A stretch of 64,000 bases of DNA from a virus. Lineage: Duplodnaviria; Caudoviricetes. A model generated the notes under the pieces. That model did not search any database, was not told where the DNA came from, and saw nothing but the letters and a program-made list of their open reading frames with translations. Position 1 is the stretch's first letter. Every line of letters starts with the position of its first letter. The position numbers and the translations under genes are program-made. Shown here one piece after another: positions 9,689 through 17,508 of this stretch. The stretch is from the IMG/VR virus record IMGVR_UViG_3300032007_000010; one strand, 5' to 3'.

Positions 9689-11053
9689 ATGAGTAAGAAC
9701 ATGACAATCAAAGCCCCGAAGAAACGTGAGAAGAAAAAGAGACCAGGAGACCTTCTCATCAAGATTCGGGATAAGATAGAATACGACGATCTCACCGCTC
9801 AGCAGAAAGAAGCGTGGAAACTTTTTTGTGATTGGTACTATTCTGAGAAGCATGCCGATTCTCAGATTCTTCGCATCGGTGGCCTGAGCGGCGTTGGGAA
9901 GTCGTTCTTGCTCAGATTTATCATCGAACAGATGGACTTTGACGAGGAGGAGTGCGCGGTGGTCGCATACACCGGTCAGGCGGTGAACGTGCTTCGCCAG
10001 GATGGGATTCTCGCGAAGACCATACACTCCACGTTCATGCACACCACCGACGAGATCATTCTCAACGAAGATGGTCGTCCTATCACACGATCTGGCATAC
10101 CCCTCACGAAGCTCAATTTCACACCGGTGAGAAGTCTTCCGGATCGCATCAAGTTGATCATCTGCGATGAGGCTTCATTTCTTCCCGAGAGTCTCCAGGA
10201 ACTCATGACCAAATACAACACTCCCATTCTGGAGACCGGAGATCCGCTCCAGCTCCCGCCCGTCACCGGAAAACAATGTTTCACGATGGACAATCTGGAC
10301 TATTTCATCACCCAGATCATGCGTCAGAACCTTGATTCGGAGATCATCAAGCTGGCCACCGCTATTCGTAACTATGAACCGGTGAACCTCGCCGACTATG
10401 GCCGCGAGGTGACCTTCCTCTGGGCACAGAACGACAATCTCGAGACCTTCATGAGGTTCATGCCGTTCTTTCGCGGCGTCGATCTCATCGTATCCAGCAC
10501 AAACAAACAGCGTCGCGAACTCACGGACTACTATCGGAAATACATCATCAGAACAAACTCACCCTATCCCCAGCGTGGTGAAAGGCTCATATGTCGACGC
10601 AATGACTGGAACATGAAGCTCAACCAGTTCCCACTCACAAACGGCACCATTGGCCGAGCACTGTACACAGTCTCCGGTGCGGATGTGAACACGAGCGCCG
10701 ACACATTTATAATGGACTTTCAGCCCGAGTTCATAAAGAATGATTACTATGACGGTCTTCTCTGCGACGCAAAGTTCCTCCGTGCTCCATTCGGAGACAA
10801 GGATATGACGTACTATGAGAATATGAATCCGGGTAAGAAGTTTGAGTATGCACACGTGATCACCACACAACTCTGTCAGGGCGCCAGCGCCAACTCGGTT
10901 CTGTTCATGGATAACTTCGCACACGATGAAGAGTATCACATGCGCCTGCGATACACCGCGGTGACGCGTGCGCGCCAGAGACTCTACTACATGCTCCCGA
11001 AGTCGCGCTACGGTAAATACACAGATCTCACATCTGGAGGCAGATCCCAATGA
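9689..11053 (+). CDS. SF1B helicase, Dda/RecD2-like
   Basis: LTAQQ, GLSGVGKS, AYTGQA, TIHS, ICDEAS, GDPLQLPPV, QIMRQ, YTAVTRA. Confidence 0.9.
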   Translation: MSKNMTIKAPKKREKKKRPGDLLIKIRDKIEYDDLTAQQKEAWKLFCDWYYSEKHADSQILRIGGLSGVGKSFLLRFIIEQMDFDEEECAVVAYTGQAVNVLRQDGILAKTIHSTFMHTTDEIILNEDGRPITRSGIPLTKLNFTPVRSLPDRIKLIICDEASFLPESLQELMTKYNTPILETGDPLQLPPVTGKQCFTMDNLDYFITQIMRQNLDSEIIKLATAIRNYEPVNLADYGREVTFLWAQNDNLETFMRFMPFFRGVDLIVSSTNKQRRELTDYYRKYIIRTNSPYPQRGERLICRRNDWNMKLNQFPLTNGTIGRALYTVSGADVNTSADTFIMDFQPEFIKNDYYDGLLCDAKFLRAPFGDKDMTYYENMNPGKKFEYAHVITTQLCQGASANSVLFMDNFAHDEEYHMRLRYTAVTRARQRLYYMLPKSRYGKYTDLTSGGRSQ

Positions 11054-11235
11054 AGTTCATACGCCTGGATACGGCCACGCTGATCACCGCTGGTCTGCTT
11101 GCGATCATGCTTCTCACGATAAACATCAGAGTTCGAAGAGGTAGACGTGTCGGCAGAATGTTCCTCGGACTCACGGTCTTTATCTGGGCATCAACGATTG
11201 TCCAGTGCATATTATTCTTTATCAGAGGAGGATAG
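11050..11235 (+). CDS. Small membrane protein (2 TM)
   Basis: Two hydrophobic stretches separated by an Arg-rich loop; GGAGG RBS. Confidence 0.65.
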   Translation: MKFIRLDTATLITAGLLAIMLLTINIRVRRGRRVGRMFLGLTVFIWASTIVQCILFFIRGG

Positions 11236-11243
11236 AAACCAGT

Positions 11244-11795
11244 ATGACTCATGATATGGTGCAACATGCGGCGGCCGACACTCGGCGAGAATTTTCATAT
11301 CTCGCCATGGCCAAGGCCGTCTCGCGCAATTCTAATTGCCTGCGCAAACGCTTTGGCGCCGTGATCGTTCGCGATGACCAGGTCGTATCCATCGGTGCCA
11401 ACACCACCCCCAAGAACTGCCAGACCTGTGCCGAGCGTGGCGGATGTCATCGCATCATCCACAATATTCCGCGTGGCACCGACTACACCACGGCGTGCCG
11501 TTCGGTTCATGCGGAGATGAACGCGCTCATCAATGCTGATCCGGAAAAGCTCCGCGATTCCATCCTATATCTATATGGCTGGGACTGTGAAAGCAATGAT
11601 CTGGTGCAGCACATGGACTGCTGCGCACTCTGCAAGCGCATGATCATCAACGGAGGCATATCCCGTGTTGTGTTTGCGGACAACGATCGGGGTGTTCCGG
11701 ACCCGGATGGTGAAGCATCCTATCGGGCAGAGCATGCGCGCGTCGACGATTGGTCCGGAGAAAACTGCGATCAATATATCATGGGTGCCTACTGA
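11244..11795 (+). CDS. dCMP deaminase / cytidine deaminase family
   Basis: SNCLRKRFGAVIV, VHAEMNA, CCALCKRMIINGGI. Confidence 0.88.
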   Translation: MTHDMVQHAAADTRREFSYLAMAKAVSRNSNCLRKRFGAVIVRDDQVVSIGANTTPKNCQTCAERGGCHRIIHNIPRGTDYTTACRSVHAEMNALINADPEKLRDSILYLYGWDCESNDLVQHMDCCALCKRMIINGGISRVVFADNDRGVPDPDGEASYRAEHARVDDWSGENCDQYIMGAY

Positions 11796-11802
11796 ACCTC
11801 GA

Positions 11803-11814
11803 AACAATACTATA
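11803..11814 (+). promoter_or_regulatory. Class II promoter
   Basis: AACAATACTATA. Confidence 0.75.
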
Positions 11815-11877
11815 ATGAAATTGTTATGATCGGCCACTTCCAGGCCGAATCACTGAGCTAAGGAGGAATTTCAACCC

Positions 11878-12618
11878 ATGGCCGATAATAAGGTTTATTC
11901 TCTCTGGAGAGATATCTTTTCCAAGACCAACTGGCTTGGCTTCAATAATCTTCTCTTTGATTGCAACTACCTCATGAATGTCCAGAATTCTCGCGGATAC
12001 ATTGCGCATTCGCCCAGCCGCGAATGCTTCTTCATGATCAACCCCATCGATTCCGCCGACAGCGAGATCATCGAGGAAAAGTTTGCCTACATGGACTCCA
12101 AGTTCATCGGACCCAATACGGCGATCACCGTCGTGGACGCAAACCTGCTCTTCCACTTCGACATAGCCCAGTACGCAAACCTCAACTGGTACAAACCCGA
12201 TGTGCAAACCAAGGTTCCATATCCGCGCATCCCGAGCCGAGAAACCATCGAAGGTCTGGAGAAGGACGAGACAACCGGTCTCTATCCCGGCACCGACGAG
12301 GCCATGCTCCTGCGCGGCAATCTTGTCACGGATGCCGGCGTCGAGATCAACAAGCTCGGTTTCGACAAGGTAAAGGATGGGGATGTTGGCATGATCAGCA
12401 TGGAACTCCGTAAGAATCACGTCGAGCACAAGTTTGTTTCTGCCATCGGTATGTTCCCGCGCGAGGATGGGGAAGCACAGGTCGTCGATGCGAATACCGG
12501 CGCGAAGGTCTGGAGATACTCCGGCGTAAATGTGGATGGTTGGAAGAAATTCTACAAAATCCAGAAACGTTTCTGCGTCATGCTCGGCGAAGCATATGGC
12601 GTTGATGACGCCGAGTAA
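11878..12618 (+). CDS. Hypothetical protein, probably late/virion
   Basis: AAGGAGG RBS; class II promoter. Confidence 0.75.
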   Translation: MADNKVYSLWRDIFSKTNWLGFNNLLFDCNYLMNVQNSRGYIAHSPSRECFFMINPIDSADSEIIEEKFAYMDSKFIGPNTAITVVDANLLFHFDIAQYANLNWYKPDVQTKVPYPRIPSRETIEGLEKDETTGLYPGTDEAMLLRGNLVTDAGVEINKLGFDKVKDGDVGMISMELRKNHVEHKFVSAIGMFPREDGEAQVVDANTGAKVWRYSGVNVDGWKKFYKIQKRFCVMLGEAYGVDDAE

Positions 12619-12639
12619 TTCATGCGACCGAAAACGACG

Positions 12640-12650
12640 TATATACTATA
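12640..12650 (+). promoter_or_regulatory. Class I promoter
   Basis: TATATACTATA. Confidence 0.75.
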
Positions 12651-12732
12651 AGATCGAACACAGGGGACCGAATGTGCAAATGCATTCGGTCCCCAATAAC
12701 TATTTCCAGACATGAAAGGGGTTATTGTAACC

Positions 12733-13155
12733 ATGAGAGATTTGTTTAAGCTTCCGGAGAAGGTCGATATATATGCCGAATTCGAAGCGAACGTTAAGAA
12801 GGCAGCCATGGCACTCTACGGGCTCACGCTCGGGACGATTGCGACCGAGACAAACCTTGTCAAGGTGGATCCGGGCGAGGAGCTCGAAGATCTTGCGATG
12901 TCCATCGGCTGCGCAAAACTCGCACAGATCGTCGCCGCCGGCGATGCGAGCGAACTGCATTTCGGTTCCGTGAAGATCGACACGAATCTGGCGGTGCTCA
13001 TCATGTGCTGCTATCGCAGGCTTGTGACGGACGATGACTTCAACGGATTTCACATCCCCGACAATCATGTGCCCGAGGGATTCCGCGAAGGATTACCGCA
13101 GCAAGTAGAAAATGAAGCGTACAACATACCATTAAATGCCGCAGCATCCGTATAG
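12733..13155 (+). CDS. Hypothetical protein
   Basis: ORF after a class I promoter; start at 12712 or 12733. Confidence 0.7.
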   Translation: MRDLFKLPEKVDIYAEFEANVKKAAMALYGLTLGTIATETNLVKVDPGEELEDLAMSIGCAKLAQIVAAGDASELHFGSVKIDTNLAVLIMCCYRRLVTDDDFNGFHIPDNHVPEGFREGLPQQVENEAYNIPLNAAASV

Positions 13156-13181
13156 TCGATGGCGCACGAATCTTCGTGGGC

Positions 13182-13192
13182 TATATACTATA
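13182..13192 (+). promoter_or_regulatory. Class I promoter
   Basis: TATATACTATA. Confidence 0.75.
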
Positions 13193-13310
13193 ACGATGAT
13201 TTCGAGGTGTGGTTGGACAGCTCATCCGCCACACCTCCCAATCTATTCGAACTCTGGCGCCAAGGTTCGAAGATCATATCTTCAATACATCACAAGGAGG
13301 ATTACCAGAC

Positions 13311-13961
13311 ATGAGCAAGAAAAAGAACAAGAAGATCAAGAGCTACTACGACTACCAGTTTGGCAAGAAGGAGAAGAAGGCCAAGAAGGAGCGCAAGTCC
13401 GCCTATGACGAGCCGACCATGAAGACGGTCAAGCCGTCGATCAAAAAGAAGGACGCGAAGGCTCAGCTGAAGGACCTGCAGAAGCCCATCAAGGTCTCCA
13501 AGGCCTTCAAGGAGCGCCGCAACACGTGCAACCATGCCGGCAAGCTCATCAGCGTTCAGGACTTCAAGAATCTCACGCCGACCTGGGCGGCCTACACCCC
13601 GATGCTTGATCAGATGGTCGAGACATTCGGCGAGGAGAACGTCATGGTCTGCAGCTACTGCTTCGATGTGGTCGTCCGTCCGTCCTGCACCACCTTTGCG
13701 GAGGTCAAGAAGGCCATCGCGGTCCTCTATGCGGCATCGAACACCGCCGTCTCCAGCAAGCGTCTCAAGGACAAGGAGATCGAACGCTTCAACAAGATCA
13801 AGGACAACCTCGGCGACTGGAACTTCGTCGTCGACGCCATCGGCAAGCTCGAGAAGAAAGGCGCCATCTCCGAGTCCACCGATGCCGACGAGGTTTCCTC
13901 CATGACCGAGGAGCAGCTCGCGAATCTCAGCAAGGGTGTCAACATGGGCACCACCTACTGA
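13311..13961 (+). CDS. Lys-rich hypothetical protein with a putative Zn site
   Basis: AAGGAGG RBS; CNH...CSYC; strongly biased codons. Confidence 0.8.
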   Translation: MSKKKNKKIKSYYDYQFGKKEKKAKKERKSAYDEPTMKTVKPSIKKKDAKAQLKDLQKPIKVSKAFKERRNTCNHAGKLISVQDFKNLTPTWAAYTPMLDQMVETFGEENVMVCSYCFDVVVRPSCTTFAEVKKAIAVLYAASNTAVSSKRLKDKEIERFNKIKDNLGDWNFVVDAIGKLEKKGAISESTDADEVSSMTEEQLANLSKGVNMGTTY

Positions 13962-13987
13962 GTCGGCGAAACGAACATACTGTTTAC

Positions 13988-14029
13988 GGGGGCGTGGGTC
14001 TATATGATCCACGCCCCATATTTCTTTTT
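13988..14029 (+). terminator. Rho-independent terminator
   Basis: GGGGCGTGGGTC/GATCCACGCCCC plus T-run. Confidence 0.75.
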
Positions 14030-14049
14030 CCGAATGGAGGTGACCCAGC

Positions 14050-14583
14050 GTGAGCCGTTGGATCGATCGTGCCCTTCAAATATGTCGCACAAACTATCGT
14101 GTTCCGACCGGGTACCACGGTCGGATCAATTTTCTATACATCGGAATGATGATCACCAACACCGAACAGATTCTGAGTCTGATGAAGTATCTCGCAACCT
14201 ATGCGGATGCCTTCGTGCCTCGGTTCATATATAGATACAGACAAAATGATAGGTATTATGTCCAAACACAAATGCCGACCAAGCTCCTCACCGAATGTTT
14301 TCCGGATGAATTTGCGCTGGATGGTATGGTGATGATAGACGCGGTTGACTACCCAATTCTCTGCGAGCATGAGATTCCCGTCCATGCTCTGCTGGAACTC
14401 GATTCGAAGACCGTTGTGAAGGGCATGCGGCTGGTGCCACTGACGAAGCCCCCATTTCGATCTCAGTTCATGTCATACTCATCGGCACCGACCGAGCTGC
14501 GCGGGCAGTTTCGCCTCGCCTACGATGAGGCGAGGGCCGCGCTGTTTGTGCGCATGGCCAATTCCGGAGGCATATCCGGGTAG
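14050..14583 (+). CDS. Hypothetical protein
   Basis: GGAGGTG RBS before GTG. Confidence 0.65.
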   Translation: MSRWIDRALQICRTNYRVPTGYHGRINFLYIGMMITNTEQILSLMKYLATYADAFVPRFIYRYRQNDRYYVQTQMPTKLLTECFPDEFALDGMVMIDAVDYPILCEHEIPVHALLELDSKTVVKGMRLVPLTKPPFRSQFMSYSSAPTELRGQFRLAYDEARAALFVRMANSGGISG

Positions 14584-14610
14584 ATGCCTTTAGACAGTAA
14601 AAATAACACG

Positions 14611-14622
14611 TACATGAATATA
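14611..14622 (+). promoter_or_regulatory. Class II promoter
   Basis: TACATGAATATA upstream of gyrB. Confidence 0.55.
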
Positions 14623-14670
14623 GAGTAGTCGTGGAGGCCCAAATAGAGCCCCGTGAAATGATGTTTGGGG

Positions 14671-14681
14671 TATATACTATA
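14671..14681 (+). promoter_or_regulatory. Class I promoter
   Basis: TATATACTATA upstream of gyrB. Confidence 0.75.
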
Positions 14682-14741
14682 CTCCTGAAGAACACAACAA
14701 CCACGACTAGACAATACTAAGATAAAAAGTAGGAGGAAACA

Positions 14742-17108
14742 ATGGCGCGCATATATACTGCCGATCAAATAGAGGTAATAGAGTCGGATCGCCTTCGCGT
14801 ACGCTCCTCTCCGAGCATGTACGTCCCCGACATCTATCTGGCCGGCTACTATCATTTGCTATGGGAGCTCATCTCAAACTCCATCGATGAGCTCATGGCA
14901 CCGGACAGCACATCGCGCTCGGTGACCGTCTATTTTGACAAGAAGACCCACACCTTCGGCGTGGACGACGACGGTGCGGGAATACCGCTCGAGAAGCTCA
15001 GGGACGTGCTCACCAAGCTGGCCGCATCCGGCAAGTTTCACAACGGAGACGGTGGTGCATATCTCACATCCGGCGGACGCTGGGGACATGGTCTCAAGGC
15101 CTGTGTCTTTCTGGCAAAGAACGCCACCTTTAGCAGTTTCAGGGATGGAAAGTACATCACCTACACCATCAAGGATGGCGAGATCGTGGACGAGAAACAT
15201 GGCAAGAGTGACCAGCATGGTACATCCTGCCGCTTTGACATAGATCCGGCCATCATCAACCACAGCGATGCGGATGTGAAGGAGATCGAGGAACGTCTCC
15301 AGCTCACATCCTACATATATCCCGATCTCAAGATCAAGCTCATCGTGCTCGAGAACGGCAAAGAGGTCGAAAAGATCAAGTATGGCGGCAAGGATATTGT
15401 TGACAAGGTCAAGAAATGGAAACCGGACACTCCAATCCTTAGAATCACCAAGGACCAAAAGGTTACCTACCTCAAGACCATCACCGACGACGATCTCACC
15501 ACCGAGACGGTATATATCGACCTGGCTTTCGCCTACTCCGAGGCATCGCTGGACAAGGAAGCCAATAGCACCATACTCACTATCTGCAATGGTATCAATA
15601 CCTATCTGATGGGAACACACTGGGATGGTCTGAAGCTCGGTATTCAGAAATTTTTCAAGGAAAACGTGATTCCCAAGTTCAAGGGAAAGGACAAGGACCT
15701 CAACATCCTTCCGAGCGATATGACCACCGGTATTGCTGCATTCATCACTGTTCGTGTGGTAGATCCGATCTTCACCGGACAGGAAAAGGCCATGCTCATG
15801 AACCAGGAAGTTAAAACCGCGGTCAGGGATGCCGTCTATGAGTATCTCTGCAATGCTAAATCCTCGGAGATAAACTCCATGGTAGATTTTGTGAAGCGTG
15901 TCACCCGTGGGCGCATCTCTTCCAAGAAAACTCGCAAGAAGGATGTATCCAACGCCTTTTCAAAGGACGCGCTCGACAAATTCTACGACATCACCTACAA
16001 TCTTAAGACCGAGGCTCCCGAGCTTCTGCTGGTGGAGGGTGATTCGGCACTGGACAATGCGGCGCTGGCTCGTGATCAGTATAATCAGGCACTGTATCCA
16101 ATCAAGAGACCAAAGAACGTTTTCGATATGGATGCTGCGGTGGTCAACCGAATGAAGACCACCTTTAATGATGTGCTGGATATCTGCGGCATTTCCGCCG
16201 GCAAAGATTGTGATCCTGGCAAGTCACTCATGACCAGAATTCTCGTGCTCACTGATGGTGATGTGGACGGCGATGATATCTGCATCGGCGTGGTCTGTCT
16301 GCTCTGGAAACATTGCAGACCCATGATCGATGCTGGAATGGTTGGACGCATTTTGCCACCGGCCTATGCAATTCCAATCGGAAAAGATCGCTACGAGTTC
16401 GTACGTTCCCAGCGCGAGTTCTTTGGTCAGATTGTGAAAAAGTTTATCAAGAAGCACACAGTCTTCTATCTTGGCAAAGAGCTTAAGGGTAAGGATCTTC
16501 GTCAGTTTATTGAGATCAACTTCGAATATGACACAACCCTCGAAGCATTAGCCAACCGCTACTGCTGTGACCCCAAGGTGATGGAATACATCGCCTGGAA
16601 CTATCATGGTGATTGGAAGGATCAGAAGAAATCCAACTGGCAGAAAATCATGCGGCGCTACTCTGGTATTCGCGTGCTCGAGGAGAATGGAACGCTTGTG
16701 CTCGATGGCGATATCCCCGGCGCAGACTATATGAATCTGGCCCTGGACAAGCACTTCCATAAGCATGTGAATCGTTTCAAGGAACACCAGAAACAGAACG
16801 GTTCGCTCGGCGGTTACACCATCGACGGCGAGAAGGAGAAGACGCTCTACGATGTGATGCACACCGTACGTGACGAAATCCCCAAGTCTGTGCGGAGATT
16901 CAAGGGACTCGGTGAGCTCGATCCGGATGAAATCAGAGATCTCTGCCTCGATCGCGAGAAACGTACCGTGGTCGTTTTCAAGTCCGATGACTTCGAAAAG
17001 GATGAGGATAAGATCAATGTCATGCTCTCATCTAAGAAGGAGTGGGCAGATGCTCGCAAGGACCTAGTATTCAAAAGCGAACTAAGCCTGATTGATCTAG
17101 ACACATAG
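14742..17108 (+). CDS. gyrB: Type IIA topoisomerase subunit B (GyrB/ParE-like)
   Basis: GHKL motifs ELISNSIDE, DDGAGIP, GGRWGHG; TOPRIM motifs VEGDSA, TDGDVDG; RFKGLGE. Confidence 0.92.
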   Translation: MARIYTADQIEVIESDRLRVRSSPSMYVPDIYLAGYYHLLWELISNSIDELMAPDSTSRSVTVYFDKKTHTFGVDDDGAGIPLEKLRDVLTKLAASGKFHNGDGGAYLTSGGRWGHGLKACVFLAKNATFSSFRDGKYITYTIKDGEIVDEKHGKSDQHGTSCRFDIDPAIINHSDADVKEIEERLQLTSYIYPDLKIKLIVLENGKEVEKIKYGGKDIVDKVKKWKPDTPILRITKDQKVTYLKTITDDDLTTETVYIDLAFAYSEASLDKEANSTILTICNGINTYLMGTHWDGLKLGIQKFFKENVIPKFKGKDKDLNILPSDMTTGIAAFITVRVVDPIFTGQEKAMLMNQEVKTAVRDAVYEYLCNAKSSEINSMVDFVKRVTRGRISSKKTRKKDVSNAFSKDALDKFYDITYNLKTEAPELLLVEGDSALDNAALARDQYNQALYPIKRPKNVFDMDAAVVNRMKTTFNDVLDICGISAGKDCDPGKSLMTRILVLTDGDVDGDDICIGVVCLLWKHCRPMIDAGMVGRILPPAYAIPIGKDRYEFVRSQREFFGQIVKKFIKKHTVFYLGKELKGKDLRQFIEINFEYDTTLEALANRYCCDPKVMEYIAWNYHGDWKDQKKSNWQKIMRRYSGIRVLEENGTLVLDGDIPGADYMNLALDKHFHKHVNRFKEHQKQNGSLGGYTIDGEKEKTLYDVMHTVRDEIPKSVRRFKGLGELDPDEIRDLCLDREKRTVVVFKSDDFEKDEDKINVMLSSKKEWADARKDLVFKSELSLIDLDT

Positions 17109-17132
17109 GGAATCAAAAGGAGGTATATCATC

Positions 17133-17507
17133 ATGGTACCAGTTGAAATTGCAGCGTCTTCCAAGGTGCCTGGCAAGGGACTCATGTCCGTCACACTTCG
17201 GCTCAGGGATCCCGAAGACATCAAGATATACAAAGCTTTCCTCAAGGATGAGCCTGGCCTTGCCAGGTGCCCGTTCTGTGACAATGCTAACAATGTCGCT
17301 GAGGATGATCTTCGGATGGAGATCAGCAACCCGCTGGCAAACTCCTTCCTCAAGATGGCGAGAGCCATCGTTGTCTGTGATCACTGCGGCAAGGAGATTC
17401 CGATGGTCTCGATGATGGACTACAGCGCCTTTAGGAGCGTCGATACCTTCATCAAGCAGCTCAAGGCGCGCAATAATCAGATTAAGAAGGAAAAGCAGGG
17501 AGGCTGA
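17133..17507 (+). CDS. Zn-ribbon protein inside the topoisomerase operon
   Basis: CPFC...CDHC; AGGAGGT RBS; ends 1 nt before the gyrA start. Confidence 0.75.
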   Translation: MVPVEIAASSKVPGKGLMSVTLRLRDPEDIKIYKAFLKDEPGLARCPFCDNANNVAEDDLRMEISNPLANSFLKMARAIVVCDHCGKEIPMVSMMDYSAFRSVDTFIKQLKARNNQIKKEKQGG

Positions 17508-17508
17508 C

